Source of the DNA: Candidatus Multivorans sp.
Lineage (GTDB): Bacteria; Acidobacteriota; Thermoanaerobaculia; Multivoradales; Multivoraceae
Assembly: GCA_965224025.1 (NCBI GenBank)
Contig: OZ245033.1
Coordinates: 1,504,001 to 1,568,000 of the forward strand
Reading direction: 5' to 3'
Length of the DNA: 64,000 nt
Shown: piece after piece, positions 50,855 through 60,940 of the stretch
Layout: the number at the start of each line of letters is the position of its first letter
Position numbering within the stretch: position 1 is the stretch's first letter
The notes under the pieces: generated by a model
Databases searched by the model: none
What the model was told of the DNA's origin: nothing
The model's input: the letters and a program-made list of their open reading frames with translations, nothing else
Program-made: the position numbers and the translations under genes

Positions 50855-52444
50855 ATGGACGTGCAGCCGATGCCGCGGATCCTGATTGCCGATTCCCTGG
50901 CGCCGGCAGGCGCCGAGTTGCTGCGCGAGAGCGCGGAAGTGGACCAGCTTCGAGACGAGGACCGTCCGCGGCTCGCCTCGTTGATCGCGAACTACGACGC
51001 GGTCATCGTGCGCAGCGGAACCCGGATCACCCGCGAAGTTCTGGAGGGTGGCGACCGTCTCAAGGTGGTGGGCCGTGCCGGCGTGGGCGTCGACAACATC
51101 GACATAGCAGCGGCTACGCAGCGGGGCGTGCTGGTGATCAACGCGCCGACCGCGAACTCGCTTTCGGCCACCGAGCACACATTCGCCCTGCTGCTGGCGC
51201 TGGCGCGGCGGATTCCGTCCGCCGACGCGTCGCTCAAGGCGGAGCGCTGGGAGCGCAAGAGCCACGTTGGCAGCGAGCTGCAGGGCAAGGCGCTCGGCGT
51301 GATCGGCTTCGGTCAGATCGGTCGGCGGGTGGCCACCCGGGCCCGGGCCTTCGAGATGGAAGTGCTCGCCTACGACCCCTTCCTGCAGGCTGAGGTAGCG
51401 CGGCGACTCGATGTCGAGCCGGTGGCTCTGCGTGATCTGCTCGCCCGGTCCGACTTCATCACCTTCCACACGCCGCTTACGGACCAGACCAGGAACATGC
51501 TCGATGAATCGCGCATTGCCCTGATGAAGGACGGCGCGGCCGTGATCAACGTCGGGCGCGGCGGTGTGGTCGACGCCGAGGCCCTTCTCGCGGCGCTCGA
51601 GTCCGGCAAGCTCGCCGGCGCGGGTCTGGACGTGTTCCCGGAGGAACCACCGACGGACTACCGGCTCGCCGCCCACCCGAACGTGGTCGCGACGCCCCAC
51701 ATCGGCGCCCAGACGACCGAGGCGCAGGAGCGCATCGCCACCGAGACGGCCCGCATGGTGCTCGCCGCGCTGCGCGGTTCGCTCGCGGTATCGGCGGTGA
51801 ATCTGCCGTTCCGTTCCTCGGGGTCTCGCGGCGAACCGTTCCTGCGGTTGGGCGAGCAACTGGGCCGGCTGGCCGCGGTTGCGCTCGGCGACAGCCTCCA
51901 GCGTATCCAGGCGGACCTGTGGGGCATCGACGACGATCTGAGGAAGTCGGTCGCGGTGGCTGCGCTCAAGGGCGCCCTGACGCCGTCCTGCGGTGAGGCG
52001 GTGAACTACGTGAATGCCGAGCGCACGGCTGCCGACCGTCGCGTCGAGCTCGTGCAGGCCACTCACAGCGACCAGGCCGCCTACGCCCACCTGGTGCGGG
52101 TAGAGGCCAGCAACGCCGAAGGGGGCAGCATTCAGGTCTCCGGAACGGTCTACCGCCGGGGTGACCTGCGAGTCGTCTCGTTCGCGGGCTTCCGGTTGGA
52201 GTTCAAGCCCCAGGGCCTTCTGCTCGTCATCCGCAACGAAGATGTCCCCGGGTTCGTGGGCCGGCTCGGCACCCTGCTCGGCGATGACGGCATCAACATC
52301 GCCGACATCCACCTGGCCCGCGAACCGGGCGCTCACGACGCCTTGGCCGTCCTGCGTCTCGACGAGGCCCCGAACAAGGCGTGCATGGCGGCGCTCCTGG
52401 CCCTGGACGAATCGATCTCGGTCGACCTCGTCGACCTCTCGTAG
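50855..52444 (+). CDS. serA: D-3-phosphoglycerate dehydrogenase (with ASB and ACT domains)
   Basis: GRAGVGVDNID, GFGQIG, TPHIGAQT, VNYVNA, ACT domain DVPGFVGRLGTLLGDDGINIA. Confidence 0.96.
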   Translation: MDVQPMPRILIADSLAPAGAELLRESAEVDQLRDEDRPRLASLIANYDAVIVRSGTRITREVLEGGDRLKVVGRAGVGVDNIDIAAATQRGVLVINAPTANSLSATEHTFALLLALARRIPSADASLKAERWERKSHVGSELQGKALGVIGFGQIGRRVATRARAFEMEVLAYDPFLQAEVARRLDVEPVALRDLLARSDFITFHTPLTDQTRNMLDESRIALMKDGAAVINVGRGGVVDAEALLAALESGKLAGAGLDVFPEEPPTDYRLAAHPNVVATPHIGAQTTEAQERIATETARMVLAALRGSLAVSAVNLPFRSSGSRGEPFLRLGEQLGRLAAVALGDSLQRIQADLWGIDDDLRKSVAVAALKGALTPSCGEAVNYVNAERTAADRRVELVQATHSDQAAYAHLVRVEASNAEGGSIQVSGTVYRRGDLRVVSFAGFRLEFKPQGLLLVIRNEDVPGFVGRLGTLLGDDGINIADIHLAREPGAHDALAVLRLDEAPNKACMAALLALDESISVDLVDLS

Positions 52445-52486
52445 TCGGAACCGGGCACAGTTGGCGGTGCGGCGCACCCGCCGGCT

Positions 52487-52727
52487 GGGGGCATGGGGGT
52501 CAACTTCCAGGTGGCGTGCCATCCGTGCGCCCGCTGACGGGCGCACGGACTGGTTCACGGGTGGCGCGGATCGCGCCACCCGGGTTCGCGCTTCAGAGGA
52601 GATGGGAGGGGTTTGCGCTCACTCCCCTTGCTGCCCTGCTCCGCTCGCTTCGGTACGTTGTCGGTTGCTGGGAGGACCTGGGGAGTCGCTCGCTCCGAGG
52701 CGCCCGGAGGTTGACCCCCCATGCCCC
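52487..52727. repeat. ~240-bp MITE-like element with ~26-bp terminal IRs, containing a partial copy of the 8189/9523 repeat
   Basis: ggggcatgggggtcaacttcc ... ggaggttgaccccccatgcccc; 52517-52587 matches 8248-8318. Confidence 0.6.
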
Positions 52728-52763
52728 TGGCGCCGACTGGATGTCGTCGGGGAGTGAACCGCC

Positions 52764-52805
52764 GCCAAGGACCCTTCCCTCCGGCCCCGGAGCAGGCGGG
52801 TGAGC
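52764..52805. repeat. ~40-bp repeat, inverted partner at 55012-55050
   Basis: ccctccggccccggagcaggcgggtgag versus the reverse complement of ctcacccgcccgttccggggccggaggg. Confidence 0.6.
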
Positions 52806-52810
52806 GGCCG

Positions 52811-53536
52811 TCACCGCGGAATGATCGCGGCGATGCCGGCTTTCTCGAGCTTCTGCCGCACGAGGTCGGCGGCCTTCTGACGCCGGCGGTCGATCTGGAC
52901 CCGGTACCAGCCTCCTTGTTCACGGATCCTGACCTTGTCCAGGCCCAGCTCGCGGCGCAGGCGACGGGCCAGGTCGGCGGCCCCGCTGCGCTCCCTGAAC
53001 GCGCCGGCCTGGATCGTGAAGCCGGAACGCTCGGCTCGGCCGGTCGGGGCCGCGGCCTTGGGCGCCGTCTTGCGCGTGGCCTTGGCGCGGGAGTTCTTCG
53101 GCGGGCGTCCGTTCGCCGGGTAGGAGATCGGCAGGTTGCGGCCTTCGGGCGCCGTCCGAACGACGCGAATCCGCACCTTGGCAAGCCCGGCGCCGAACAG
53201 GGCGAGTTCCCGTGCCGCGCCCAGGGAGAGATCGATGATCCGGCCCTTGACGAAAGGGCCGCGATCGTTGATCGGAACTCGCAGCTTGCGCCCGTTGTCC
53301 CGGTTCTCGACTTCCACGACGGTGCCGAAAGGCAGTTGCTTGTGGGCCGCGGAGATCCGGTTCATGTCGTAGATCTCGCCGCTGGCGGTGGCCCGGCCGT
53401 GGAACTGCCCGCCGTACCAGGACGCCAGTCCTTCCTGCGTGGTCCCGCGGCGAGGGGTCTTGAGAGCCGAGGTCGAAGCGCAGCCGACCGAGAACAGGAC
53501 GGCGAGGAGTGCGGCCAGCGACTGCGTTCGGCTCAC
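52811..53536 (-). CDS. rlpA: Septal ring lytic transglycosylase RlpA lipoprotein with SPOR domain
   Basis: Lipobox SVGC, GLASWYG, TASGE, AAHKQLPFG, INDRGPF, IIDLS; C-terminal IQAGAF. Confidence 0.94.
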   Translation of the reverse strand: MSRTQSLAALLAVLFSVGCASTSALKTPRRGTTQEGLASWYGGQFHGRATASGEIYDMNRISAAHKQLPFGTVVEVENRDNGRKLRVPINDRGPFVKGRIIDLSLGAARELALFGAGLAKVRIRVVRTAPEGRNLPISYPANGRPPKNSRAKATRKTAPKAAAPTGRAERSGFTIQAGAFRERSGAADLARRLRRELGLDKVRIREQGGWYRVQIDRRRQKAADLVRQKLEKAGIAAIIPR

Positions 53537-54963
53537 ACCCTCGGCGCCTCGAACGTCGCTGCACGGTGCCGCGCCAGTGCCGGTTCGACGGCCTCAGCCA
53601 AGAAATCGTCGACCTGCTTGGCGGAACGGCCGGTAAAGGAATCCGCGTCGACCAGGGACTCGAGTTCGTCGCGTCCGAGCCCGAACGACGGATCGCCCGC
53701 GATCAGGTCTAGCAGGGGATTCGGCTCGCCCGCCGAGACGCGGGCGTATGCCTCGAGACTGTGCCGGCGGATGCGCTCGTGCAGTTCCTGCCGGTCGCCG
53801 CCGCGCAGCGACGCCTCCATCAGGAAGGTCTCGGTGGCCATGAACGGAAGCTCGCGCCTCACCCGGGCCGCCGTGGCCGCTTCATTGACGCGCAGTCCCT
53901 GGGCGATGTTCGCGGCCAGGAGTAGCACGGCATCGACGGTCAGGAAGCAGTCGGTCAGTACCAGACGCCGGTTCGCCGAGTCGTCGAGGCTGCGCTCGAG
54001 CCACTGCGTGCCGGCGTTCAGCGCCCCGTGCAGCGAGTCGCTCATGACCCGCCGCGACAGCGAGCACATGCGCTCGGCCCGAACCGGGTTGCGCTTGTAC
54101 GCCATCGCCGAGGAACCGACCTGGTTTTCGTCAAAGGGCTCGGAGAGTTCTCCCACGCCCTGCAACAGCCGCAGATCGCTGCCGAACTTGTGGCAGCTCT
54201 CCGCGGCGCCGGACAGCGCGTGCAGGACCTGGCTGTCCTGCTTGCGCGGGTAGGTCTGGCCCGTGATCCGCCAGCTCGCTTCGAAGCCGAGCGCCGAGGC
54301 CACCCGGGCGTCGAGCTCGCGAACCTTGCCGTGGTCGCCGCCGAACAGGGTCAGGAAGGAGGCCTGGGTGCCCGTCGTGCCCTTGGCGCCCCGGCAGCGC
54401 AGCCGGTCGCGGCGGCCGGCCACTTCCTCGAGGTCGGTCAGGAAGTCCTGCAGCCAGAGGCAGGCGCGCTTGCCCAGCGTCGTCAACTGGGCGGACTGGA
54501 AGTGGGTGTAGGCGAGCGCGGTCGTGCCGCGCTCCCCGCGGGCGAACGTGGCCAGCTCGGCGACCGTGGCCGCCAGCCTGCCCGCGACCAGGTCGAGGGC
54601 CTCCCGGATGATCAGCACGTCGGTGTTGTCGGTGATGAACGCGGACGTCGCGCCCAGGTGCAAGATGCTGCCCGCGTCGCCGCTGACTTCAGCGAAATGG
54701 CGCAGGTGGGCCACCACATCGTGGCGCGTTTCCCGTTCGACCTTCGCGACCCGCTCCAGATCGAGATCGTCCGCATGCTCGCGCAGCGCGTCGAGCTGCC
54801 GCTCGCTGATCGGCAGCCCCAGCGCCGCCTGGTTCTCAGCCAGGCAGATCCAGAGCCGCCGCCACGTCCGGAACCGGTGCCGGGCCGAAAACAGCCGCGC
54901 CATCTCCGCGCTCGCGTAGCGCTCGTAAAGCGGATTCTGCGGTGCCTCCCTAGCTTCGGCCAT
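53533..54963 (-). CDS. purB: Adenylosuccinate lyase
   Basis: RYAS, RHDV, HLGATS, THFQSAQ, GAKGTTGT, GSSAMAYKRNP, ERSLDDS. Confidence 0.96.
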   Translation of the reverse strand: MAEAREAPQNPLYERYASAEMARLFSARHRFRTWRRLWICLAENQAALGLPISERQLDALREHADDLDLERVAKVERETRHDVVAHLRHFAEVSGDAGSILHLGATSAFITDNTDVLIIREALDLVAGRLAATVAELATFARGERGTTALAYTHFQSAQLTTLGKRACLWLQDFLTDLEEVAGRRDRLRCRGAKGTTGTQASFLTLFGGDHGKVRELDARVASALGFEASWRITGQTYPRKQDSQVLHALSGAAESCHKFGSDLRLLQGVGELSEPFDENQVGSSAMAYKRNPVRAERMCSLSRRVMSDSLHGALNAGTQWLERSLDDSANRRLVLTDCFLTVDAVLLLAANIAQGLRVNEAATAARVRRELPFMATETFLMEASLRGGDRQELHERIRRHSLEAYARVSAGEPNPLLDLIAGDPSFGLGRDELESLVDADSFTGRSAKQVDDFLAEAVEPALARHRAATFEAPRV

Positions 54964-55011
54964 GTCCGCAGTCTACCAGCGCAACTATCTCCGTTGCCTA
55001 GGTTTAGAACG

Positions 55012-55050
55012 ACTCACCCGCCCGTTCCGGGGCCGGAGGGGGGCCCTGGC
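55012..55050. repeat. Inverted partner of 52764-52805
   Basis: See 52764. Confidence 0.6.
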
Positions 55051-55208
55051 GCCGTCGCCGCCCGTGGGAAAACGTGGAGCGCTCTTGACAGATGGGCGGT
55101 TGGAGCTGAAATCGACGAAGGGGGACGCCCCCAAGCTCCGGTTGAGGGCCTTCGCTAGACTCGCGGCGGCTAAGTTCCGGTCACGCGAGACGGCAGTGCT
55201 ATCGACCG

Positions 55209-56351
55209 ATGCCGAGTGACACCGAGACGCAGATGGACACCGAATCAAGTTCACCTCTACATCTTCCGAGCCTGAAGATCACGGGGTTTCGCGGCTTCAA
55301 CCACTTGGCGATTCCGCGTCTGGGACGCGTGACGTTGCTTGCCGGGCGGAACGGCGCCGGCAAGACGACGGTGCTGGATGCCGTTCGCGTCTTTGCCGCG
55401 CGAGGCCGCCCCAGTGTTCTCGCGGAGCTTCTCCAGGAGCGCGAGGAGCTCGCCACCGGTCTGGACAAGAACAGAGGCCCGTTGACGGTCCCGGACGCGG
55501 CGGCACTTTTCCATGGACGGGACGAGTCCCGGAGCAACGGCATCGCGATCGGTCCAGGGCCGAAGAAGAACGACCTCAGGCTGGCATGTTCGTCGCGGGA
55601 TGACTGGACCGATGAAGAGAAGCCCCTCAAGATCGACGGGGAGGCCCTGAGAGTCGAGTATGGCGGTTGGAAGGGCTACGCGCCATGGTCGCTGATGGGC
55701 GATTCGTCCTCCGTTTTTCTTCCACTGGCGGGACCGAAGCGGTTTGACGAGGCAGATTGGCCGGCACCGGTCAAATGCGAGTCCTTCGGTCCGGGTCTGC
55801 CGGACAACAGCCATCTGGCCGGTCTCTGGCGCCTTGTTGCCTTGACCGACGACGAGGACTTTCTGGTGCAGGAACTTAGGCGGAGTCTTGGCGAGAACGT
55901 GCAGCGGATAGGCGTCGTCGACGACAATGGAGGCCAGCCGGGCTCTCTCTCTAGGCGTGGCGTCATCGTGAAGCTCCAGGGCCACAGTCGCCCGGTGCCT
56001 CTGAAGAGCTTCGGCGACGGCGCCGTGCGGCTGTTCGGCGTCGCCCTGACGCTGACTTACTGCCGCGGCGGCCTCCTTCTGATCGACGAGGCGGAGAACG
56101 GTCTGCACCATACTGTCCAGACCGACCTCTGGCGCATGGTGCTTCAGGCCGCTCACGAAGGCGACGTACAGGTCCTGGCCACAACCCATAGCTGGGACTG
56201 CGTCGCGGGTTTCGAGCGGGCGGCCACGGAGTGCGACGACATCGACGGCGTTCTGGTTCGGCTTGAGGGGGCTGACGAAGGCTGCCGTGCAGTTCTCTAT
56301 TCGGAGAACGAACTGAAGATAGCTGCCGAGCAGCGAATCGAAGTCCGGTAG
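55209..56351 (+). CDS. AAA_15/AAA_21-type ABC ATPase
   Basis: ITGFRGF, AGRNGAGKT Walker A, SFGDG, LLIDEAENGLH Walker B, TTHS. Confidence 0.88.
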   Translation: MPSDTETQMDTESSSPLHLPSLKITGFRGFNHLAIPRLGRVTLLAGRNGAGKTTVLDAVRVFAARGRPSVLAELLQEREELATGLDKNRGPLTVPDAAALFHGRDESRSNGIAIGPGPKKNDLRLACSSRDDWTDEEKPLKIDGEALRVEYGGWKGYAPWSLMGDSSSVFLPLAGPKRFDEADWPAPVKCESFGPGLPDNSHLAGLWRLVALTDDEDFLVQELRRSLGENVQRIGVVDDNGGQPGSLSRRGVIVKLQGHSRPVPLKSFGDGAVRLFGVALTLTYCRGGLLLIDEAENGLHHTVQTDLWRMVLQAAHEGDVQVLATTHSWDCVAGFERAATECDDIDGVLVRLEGADEGCRAVLYSENELKIAAEQRIEVR

Positions 56352-56360
56352 GCAATCGGC

Positions 56361-56759
56361 GTGGCGGAAGAACGCATCCTCCTCGTGGAGGGAGAGGACG
56401 ACGAACATGTCGTCAAGGCGCTTTGCAAGGCTCGCAAGGTCGAACTGAACTTCACGATCACGAACAAGAAGACCTATCCGCAACTCCTTGACGGCATTCC
56501 GGTGACCCTCAAGCAGCCGGCTCTTCGTGTCTTGGGCGTTTTGGCCGACGCCAACGACGACCCTGAATCGAGGTGGCGGGAGATCGTCGATGCAGCGGCG
56601 AGAAGCGACGTGGTTTTGCCCGATGCGCCGGACTCGTGCGGCACGATCATCCAAGTCGACCTCAGGGTCGGCGCCGGTTTCGATCCCGGCGCCGGTATCG
56701 GCGGCGAATTCGCGTGCGAGGTCGAGGTAGTTGGCCGCGACTTCGTAACCTGGGGGTGA
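56361..56759 (+). pseudogene. DUF3226-like (TOPRIM-like) partner of the ATPase, 3'-truncated near 56660
   Basis: LLVEGEDDEHVV, LGVLADANDD...RW; after GTIIQVD the frame runs into antisense argF sequence. Confidence 0.7.
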
Positions 56760-57281
56760 GGCGATGGAGAAGTCGAGACCGGCGCGGGCGCAGGCGATCA
56801 TCAGGGAGTGCGCGACGTTGTTGCCGTCGCGATCCGGCGGCCGCGCAGGTCGCCGACTCCTGGCGGACGGTCATCAGGTCGGCGAGCGCTTGGCATGGGT
56901 GCAGTTCGTCGGTCAGCCCGTTGATCACGGGCATTGTGGCGTGCTCGGCCATCTCCACGACGGTGCCGTGCTCGAAGGTGCGCAGCATCAGCAGGTCCAC
57001 GTATCGAGACAGGACGCGGGCGGTGTCGGCGATCGTCTCCCCGCGTCCGATCTGCAGGTCGCGGTTGGAGAGGAAGATCGCCTGGCCTCCGAGTTGCGCC
57101 ATCCCCGCTTCGAAGCTGACCCGGGTTCGAGTGGACGCCTTCTCGAAGTAGAGCCGATCGACTTGCCCCTGAGCGTGTCGCGATGTGACTGGGGCCTGGA
57201 TTCGAGCTGCAAGGCCAGCTCGAGAATCGATTCGAGTTGATCGTCTTCGAGATCGGCGATCGAGATCAGATGTTCGGGCAT
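56660..57281 (-). pseudogene. argF: Ornithine carbamoyltransferase, frameshifted and 3'-truncated
   Basis: [60 protein letters not shown] spread over several frames; C-terminal YTD/FMHCLP part absent. Confidence 0.88.
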
Positions 57282-57467
57282 GTGAGGCCTCCTTCCCTCC
57301 AGCCGGATTCGCGCACGCATGGTGTCGTGTCGCGAGAAAAGCCGCAGAGTATGGCGGACATCCGGGCGTCTATCGGCGCGTTTCTCGCCCGGGGCGGGCC
57401 GAGTCGCTCCGCATCCGGCCAGCTACACTGCCCACCTCTTGGCTCTCTCGGTTCCAGGTGCGGACAG

Positions 57468-58055
57468 GTGAGCGGCGGAGAAGCCACGGAGCGCCCGTGG
57501 GTGCTGGTCACCGGGAACGCGAACAAGCGGCGCGAGGCGGAGCGGATCGTCGGCCACCGGCTGGAGACGGCGGCGATCGACCTGCCGGAGATCCAGTCGG
57601 GCGACCTGATCGAGGTGCTGCGGTTCAAAGCCGAGGCCGCCTGGCAGCGTCTCGAGCGGCCGGTCGTCGTCGAGGAGACGGGCCTGGAACTCGCCTGCAT
57701 GAACGGCTTCCCGGGTCCGCTGGTCAAGTGGATGCTGGAGGCGGTCGGCGACGAAGGCATCGCGCAGGTCGCGATTCGCGCCGGCGACCCCGGTGTGGTG
57801 GCGCGATGCGCCCTCATGCTCAGGGGTGGCGACCGGGAGGTGATCGCCGAGGGCTCGACCGCCGGCAGACTGGTGCTGCCGCCCCGAGGTGGGGGCGGCT
57901 TCGGCTGGGATCCGGTATTCGAGCCCGATGGACACGAACGGACCTACGCGGAACTCGGCGATGAGGTCAAGGACCGGATCGGCCACCGCGGCCGCGCCTG
58001 GCGGGCGTTCCTGCGGGCGCTCGATGGCCTGGAAGAGGCTGGTCAGGAGCGCTGA
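57468..58055 (+). CDS. rdgB: Non-canonical purine NTP pyrophosphatase (HAM1/RdgB)
   Basis: VTGNANK, LPEIQ, VEETGL, GFPGPLVK, GFGWDPVF, HRGRA. Confidence 0.92.
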   Translation: MSGGEATERPWVLVTGNANKRREAERIVGHRLETAAIDLPEIQSGDLIEVLRFKAEAAWQRLERPVVVEETGLELACMNGFPGPLVKWMLEAVGDEGIAQVAIRAGDPGVVARCALMLRGGDREVIAEGSTAGRLVLPPRGGGGFGWDPVFEPDGHERTYAELGDEVKDRIGHRGRAWRAFLRALDGLEEAGQER

Positions 58056-58648
58056 GCGCGGCCCTTCAAGGCGGAGTACACGGCCTCGACCTGGGCGCGG
58101 AGCTCAGCCAGGCCTCCGCTGTTCTCGATCACGTAGTCCGCGGCCGCGCGACGGTCCTCCGACCGGGCCTGCGCCTCCATCCGTGCCGCCGCCTGGTCGC
58201 GGTCGAGGCCGCGCTCCACGGCGCGGTCGAGGCGAAGGCCTGCCGGCGCCTCGACGGTGACCACGGCGTCGTAGCGTCCACGACCGCCGGTCTCGGCCAG
58301 CAGCGGCACTTCGAAGACGACGACCGCGCCGTCGCCCGCCGACTCCAGGATCTCCAGGTAGCGCTGCCCGACCAGGGGATGGATCGCCTGTTCGAGGCGC
58401 TTGCGGCTGGGAGGATCGGCGAAGACCGCTGGTCCCAACGCTTCCTTGTCGACCGATCCGTCCGCTCTCAGCATCCGCGGGCCGAAGAGATCGGCAACTG
58501 CTTGGGCGCCCGGCTCGCCGGGCCGGTACAGATCGGCGACCAAAGCGTCCGCGTCCGTGACGACGCAGCCCATCTCGGCCAGCATGGCGCCGACCGTGGA
58601 CTTGCCGCTGGCGATGCCGCCGGTGAGTCCCACCCGTAGAGCAGTCAT
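58043..58648 (-). CDS. coaE: Dephospho-CoA kinase
   Basis: GLTGGIASGKST, DAD, IHP, EVPLL, ADYVIEN. Confidence 0.96.
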   Translation of the reverse strand: MTALRVGLTGGIASGKSTVGAMLAEMGCVVTDADALVADLYRPGEPGAQAVADLFGPRMLRADGSVDKEALGPAVFADPPSRKRLEQAIHPLVGQRYLEILESAGDGAVVVFEVPLLAETGGRGRYDAVVTVEAPAGLRLDRAVERGLDRDQAAARMEAQARSEDRRAAADYVIENSGGLAELRAQVEAVYSALKGRAQRS

Positions 58649-58688
58649 GGTGGCGTGAGAATACGCCGCCACGGGACCGCCGCTCGTC

Positions 58689-59748
58689 AGTGTTTTCCAA
58701 TAGAGAAAATGAGCGTGGAGCGGCGACGGTAGAGAGGCTTCGATCCCGGTCGGTTCGGGGTTGGTTTCTGGAAGCGGCAGACGGTTCCGTACCGTCTGCC
58801 GCCCGAGGGTAGCGCGCTGGGCACGGGGGCGGGGTCCTCGTAGCGCGGCGCTGCGGTCATGCAGTTGGCGGCTGTGGCGATCGATGGCATCTGCGCCGCG
58901 GTCGGTTCAGGCGGTCCGGCGGCGCCGTGGACCGGACTCCCGGGCGATGAGTTCGAAGAGTCTGGCGCGAGCCCGTTTCAGGGCGACGGCGGCGTCGAGA
59001 TCGTTCATGGCCCCGGCCTGGTCTTCGAGGGCGGCGATGGTCACGCCGGTCTTGAGGTACTGCTCGACTTCGGGCAGGGACCGGAGCTTCTCGAACGGTG
59101 TCATCACATCTCGGTAGCGGTAGCGTTTCCTGGTCTTGCCCCTTCTGTCTGTGACTTCGGTTGGGAACAGGCAGGGGCGGTGGAAGTTGAGGAAGGGCGA
59201 GAGCGTGTCGCGGGAGAAGGCGTTGACTTCGCGGGCGAAGGGCTTGGGGGATATGTCCGTAGCCGAAGTGGCGCCGGATCACGTTGCCGTTCTTGGATTC
59301 GACCAGCGCGTTGTCGTTGCTGTGCCGGGGGCGCGACTTCGTGAATTCCGGGACGTGGAGCCCGTTCAGCATTTCGGCCACCCTGTGGTTGATGTACTCC
59401 GAGCCGTTGTCGGCGTGGAAGCCCAGCACCTTGAAGGGACAAGCCTTGATGAGCTCCTCCAGCGCGGGCACGAGGCAGGGCTCCGAGATGGCGCGCACAG
59501 TCGCCACGTGCTCCCATTGCGTCACCTCGTCCGAAAGGTTGACGTGGTACACGCCCTTCTCGCCGTCCCGGTCCCCCTGGTGCACCCTGTCGACGCGCAG
59601 GAAGCCCGGCCGACCCTTCGGCTTGGGCTTGTGGCGCTCGCCGATCGAACCGCAGTGGTCCGAGTCTCCTTGAACGTGGTGCGGCGGCGCTGGTAGGTCG
59701 TGGACTTGCGCAGGTTGTAGAACTGGCCGTTCGAGATTGAGGCCAGAT
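58689..59748 (-). mobile_element. 5'-truncated, frameshifted rve-type (integrase core, ISNCY-like) DDE IS with intact downstream end
   Basis: GFLRVD.VHQGD, GFHADNGSEYIN, FTKSRPRHSNDNALVESKNG; C-terminus in another frame (58907-59107). Confidence 0.85.
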
Positions 59749-60677
59749 GCGGGGACGTGCTATCTGGCGTCGAATTGGCGGGTTCTCGGCAGCACGCGGG
59801 GGTACGCGCGGGTTCCCGGCGGCGGCTGGCGCGAGCACGGGTCGCCGAAGACGGTGCTGGTGCGGGAGTTGTCGCGTGGCGCCCGAGCGGCTCTTCGCGG
59901 CGCCGAGGACCTTGAGGAGTGGGGTCTTGCTCCGGTCCGTGCCGAGCCGCCGGGGGCGGACCGTCTGCGGAGCATCTACGAGTTTCTCTGCCGTGTGCCG
60001 GAGTACCGAAAGGCGCGGGGGATTCGGCACAGGCTGCCGACGGTGCTCGCGATCGCGGTCGCGGCGAAGCTGTCGGGGGTGCGGGGCGTGGTCGCGATCG
60101 GCGAGTTCGCGTCTCGTCTGACGCAGTCGCAGTTGTCGGCGGTGAGCGCGTTCTTCAGTCCGAGCAGGCAGCGCTACGTGGCGCCGTCGCGTTCGTCGAT
60201 CCACCGGATTCTGACGGAGCTCGATTCGCAGCTTCTCGACCGGGCGGTGCGCGGCTTCGTCGACCAGTGTCGAAGGCCGGTCGGCGCGATGGCGCTTGAC
60301 GGCAAGTCGGCGGACGGTGAGTTGATGCGCGGCCGCGACGACGAGCGGACGCTGGTGGCCGCGATCGAGCACGGGAGCGGTCTGGTTTGCGGACAGGTGG
60401 CTTCGGCGACCGGCGGCGGCGAGATCGAAGGCGCGCGCCGGCTGTTGCGCGAGATCGACATCGCCGGTCGGGTGGTGCCGGTCGGGTGGTGACGCTCGAC
60501 GCCCTGCACGCCCAGCGCGAGACGGCGCGCCTGATCGTCGCCCGCGGCGGCGACTACCTGATGACGGTCAAGGGCAACCAGGCGGCGCTGCTCGACGACG
60601 TTCTGAGGTTCGACTGGGAGTCGAGGCGGGTGCGGGCTTCGGAATGCGCGACCATTCGGGGAAGAGCCGCCGCGTGA
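59749..60677 (+). mobile_element. ISAs1-family transposase fragment with DUF4338-like N-terminal remnant; frameshifted by a 14-bp tandem duplication
   Basis: GTCYLASNW..LG.TRG; RKARGIRHRL, ALDGK, VTLDALHAQ, YLMTVKGNQ; gccggtcgggtggt twice at 60463-60490. Confidence 0.85.
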
Positions 60678-60940
60678 CCTGGCTCATCGCGTCGCCAAAC
60701 CGGAGGTCCTCCAATGAAGTATGGCAATTGGTTTCGCGATGCGATCCTGAGCACGCGGGCATTGTTCAATGGGGCTTCGTCGCCGATGCGTGGCGTGGTC
60801 CTGTCCATCCTGTTCTTCGCATTGATAGTCGGCGGCGCGCCGGGAATGGCCGAGGACGAGGTCAATCTAGGGGATGTGATCACCGTTATCGGCAAGTACA
60901 TCCCAGTGCCAAAACTCGAGATCACGCAGCCCCCCACGAG

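Noticed and set aside
59749-59920. Druantia DruA (DUF4338) defence gene
   Set aside because: Only a short remnant, fused in frame to an ISAs1 transposase; this is a known transposase-associated context and no other Druantia genes are present.
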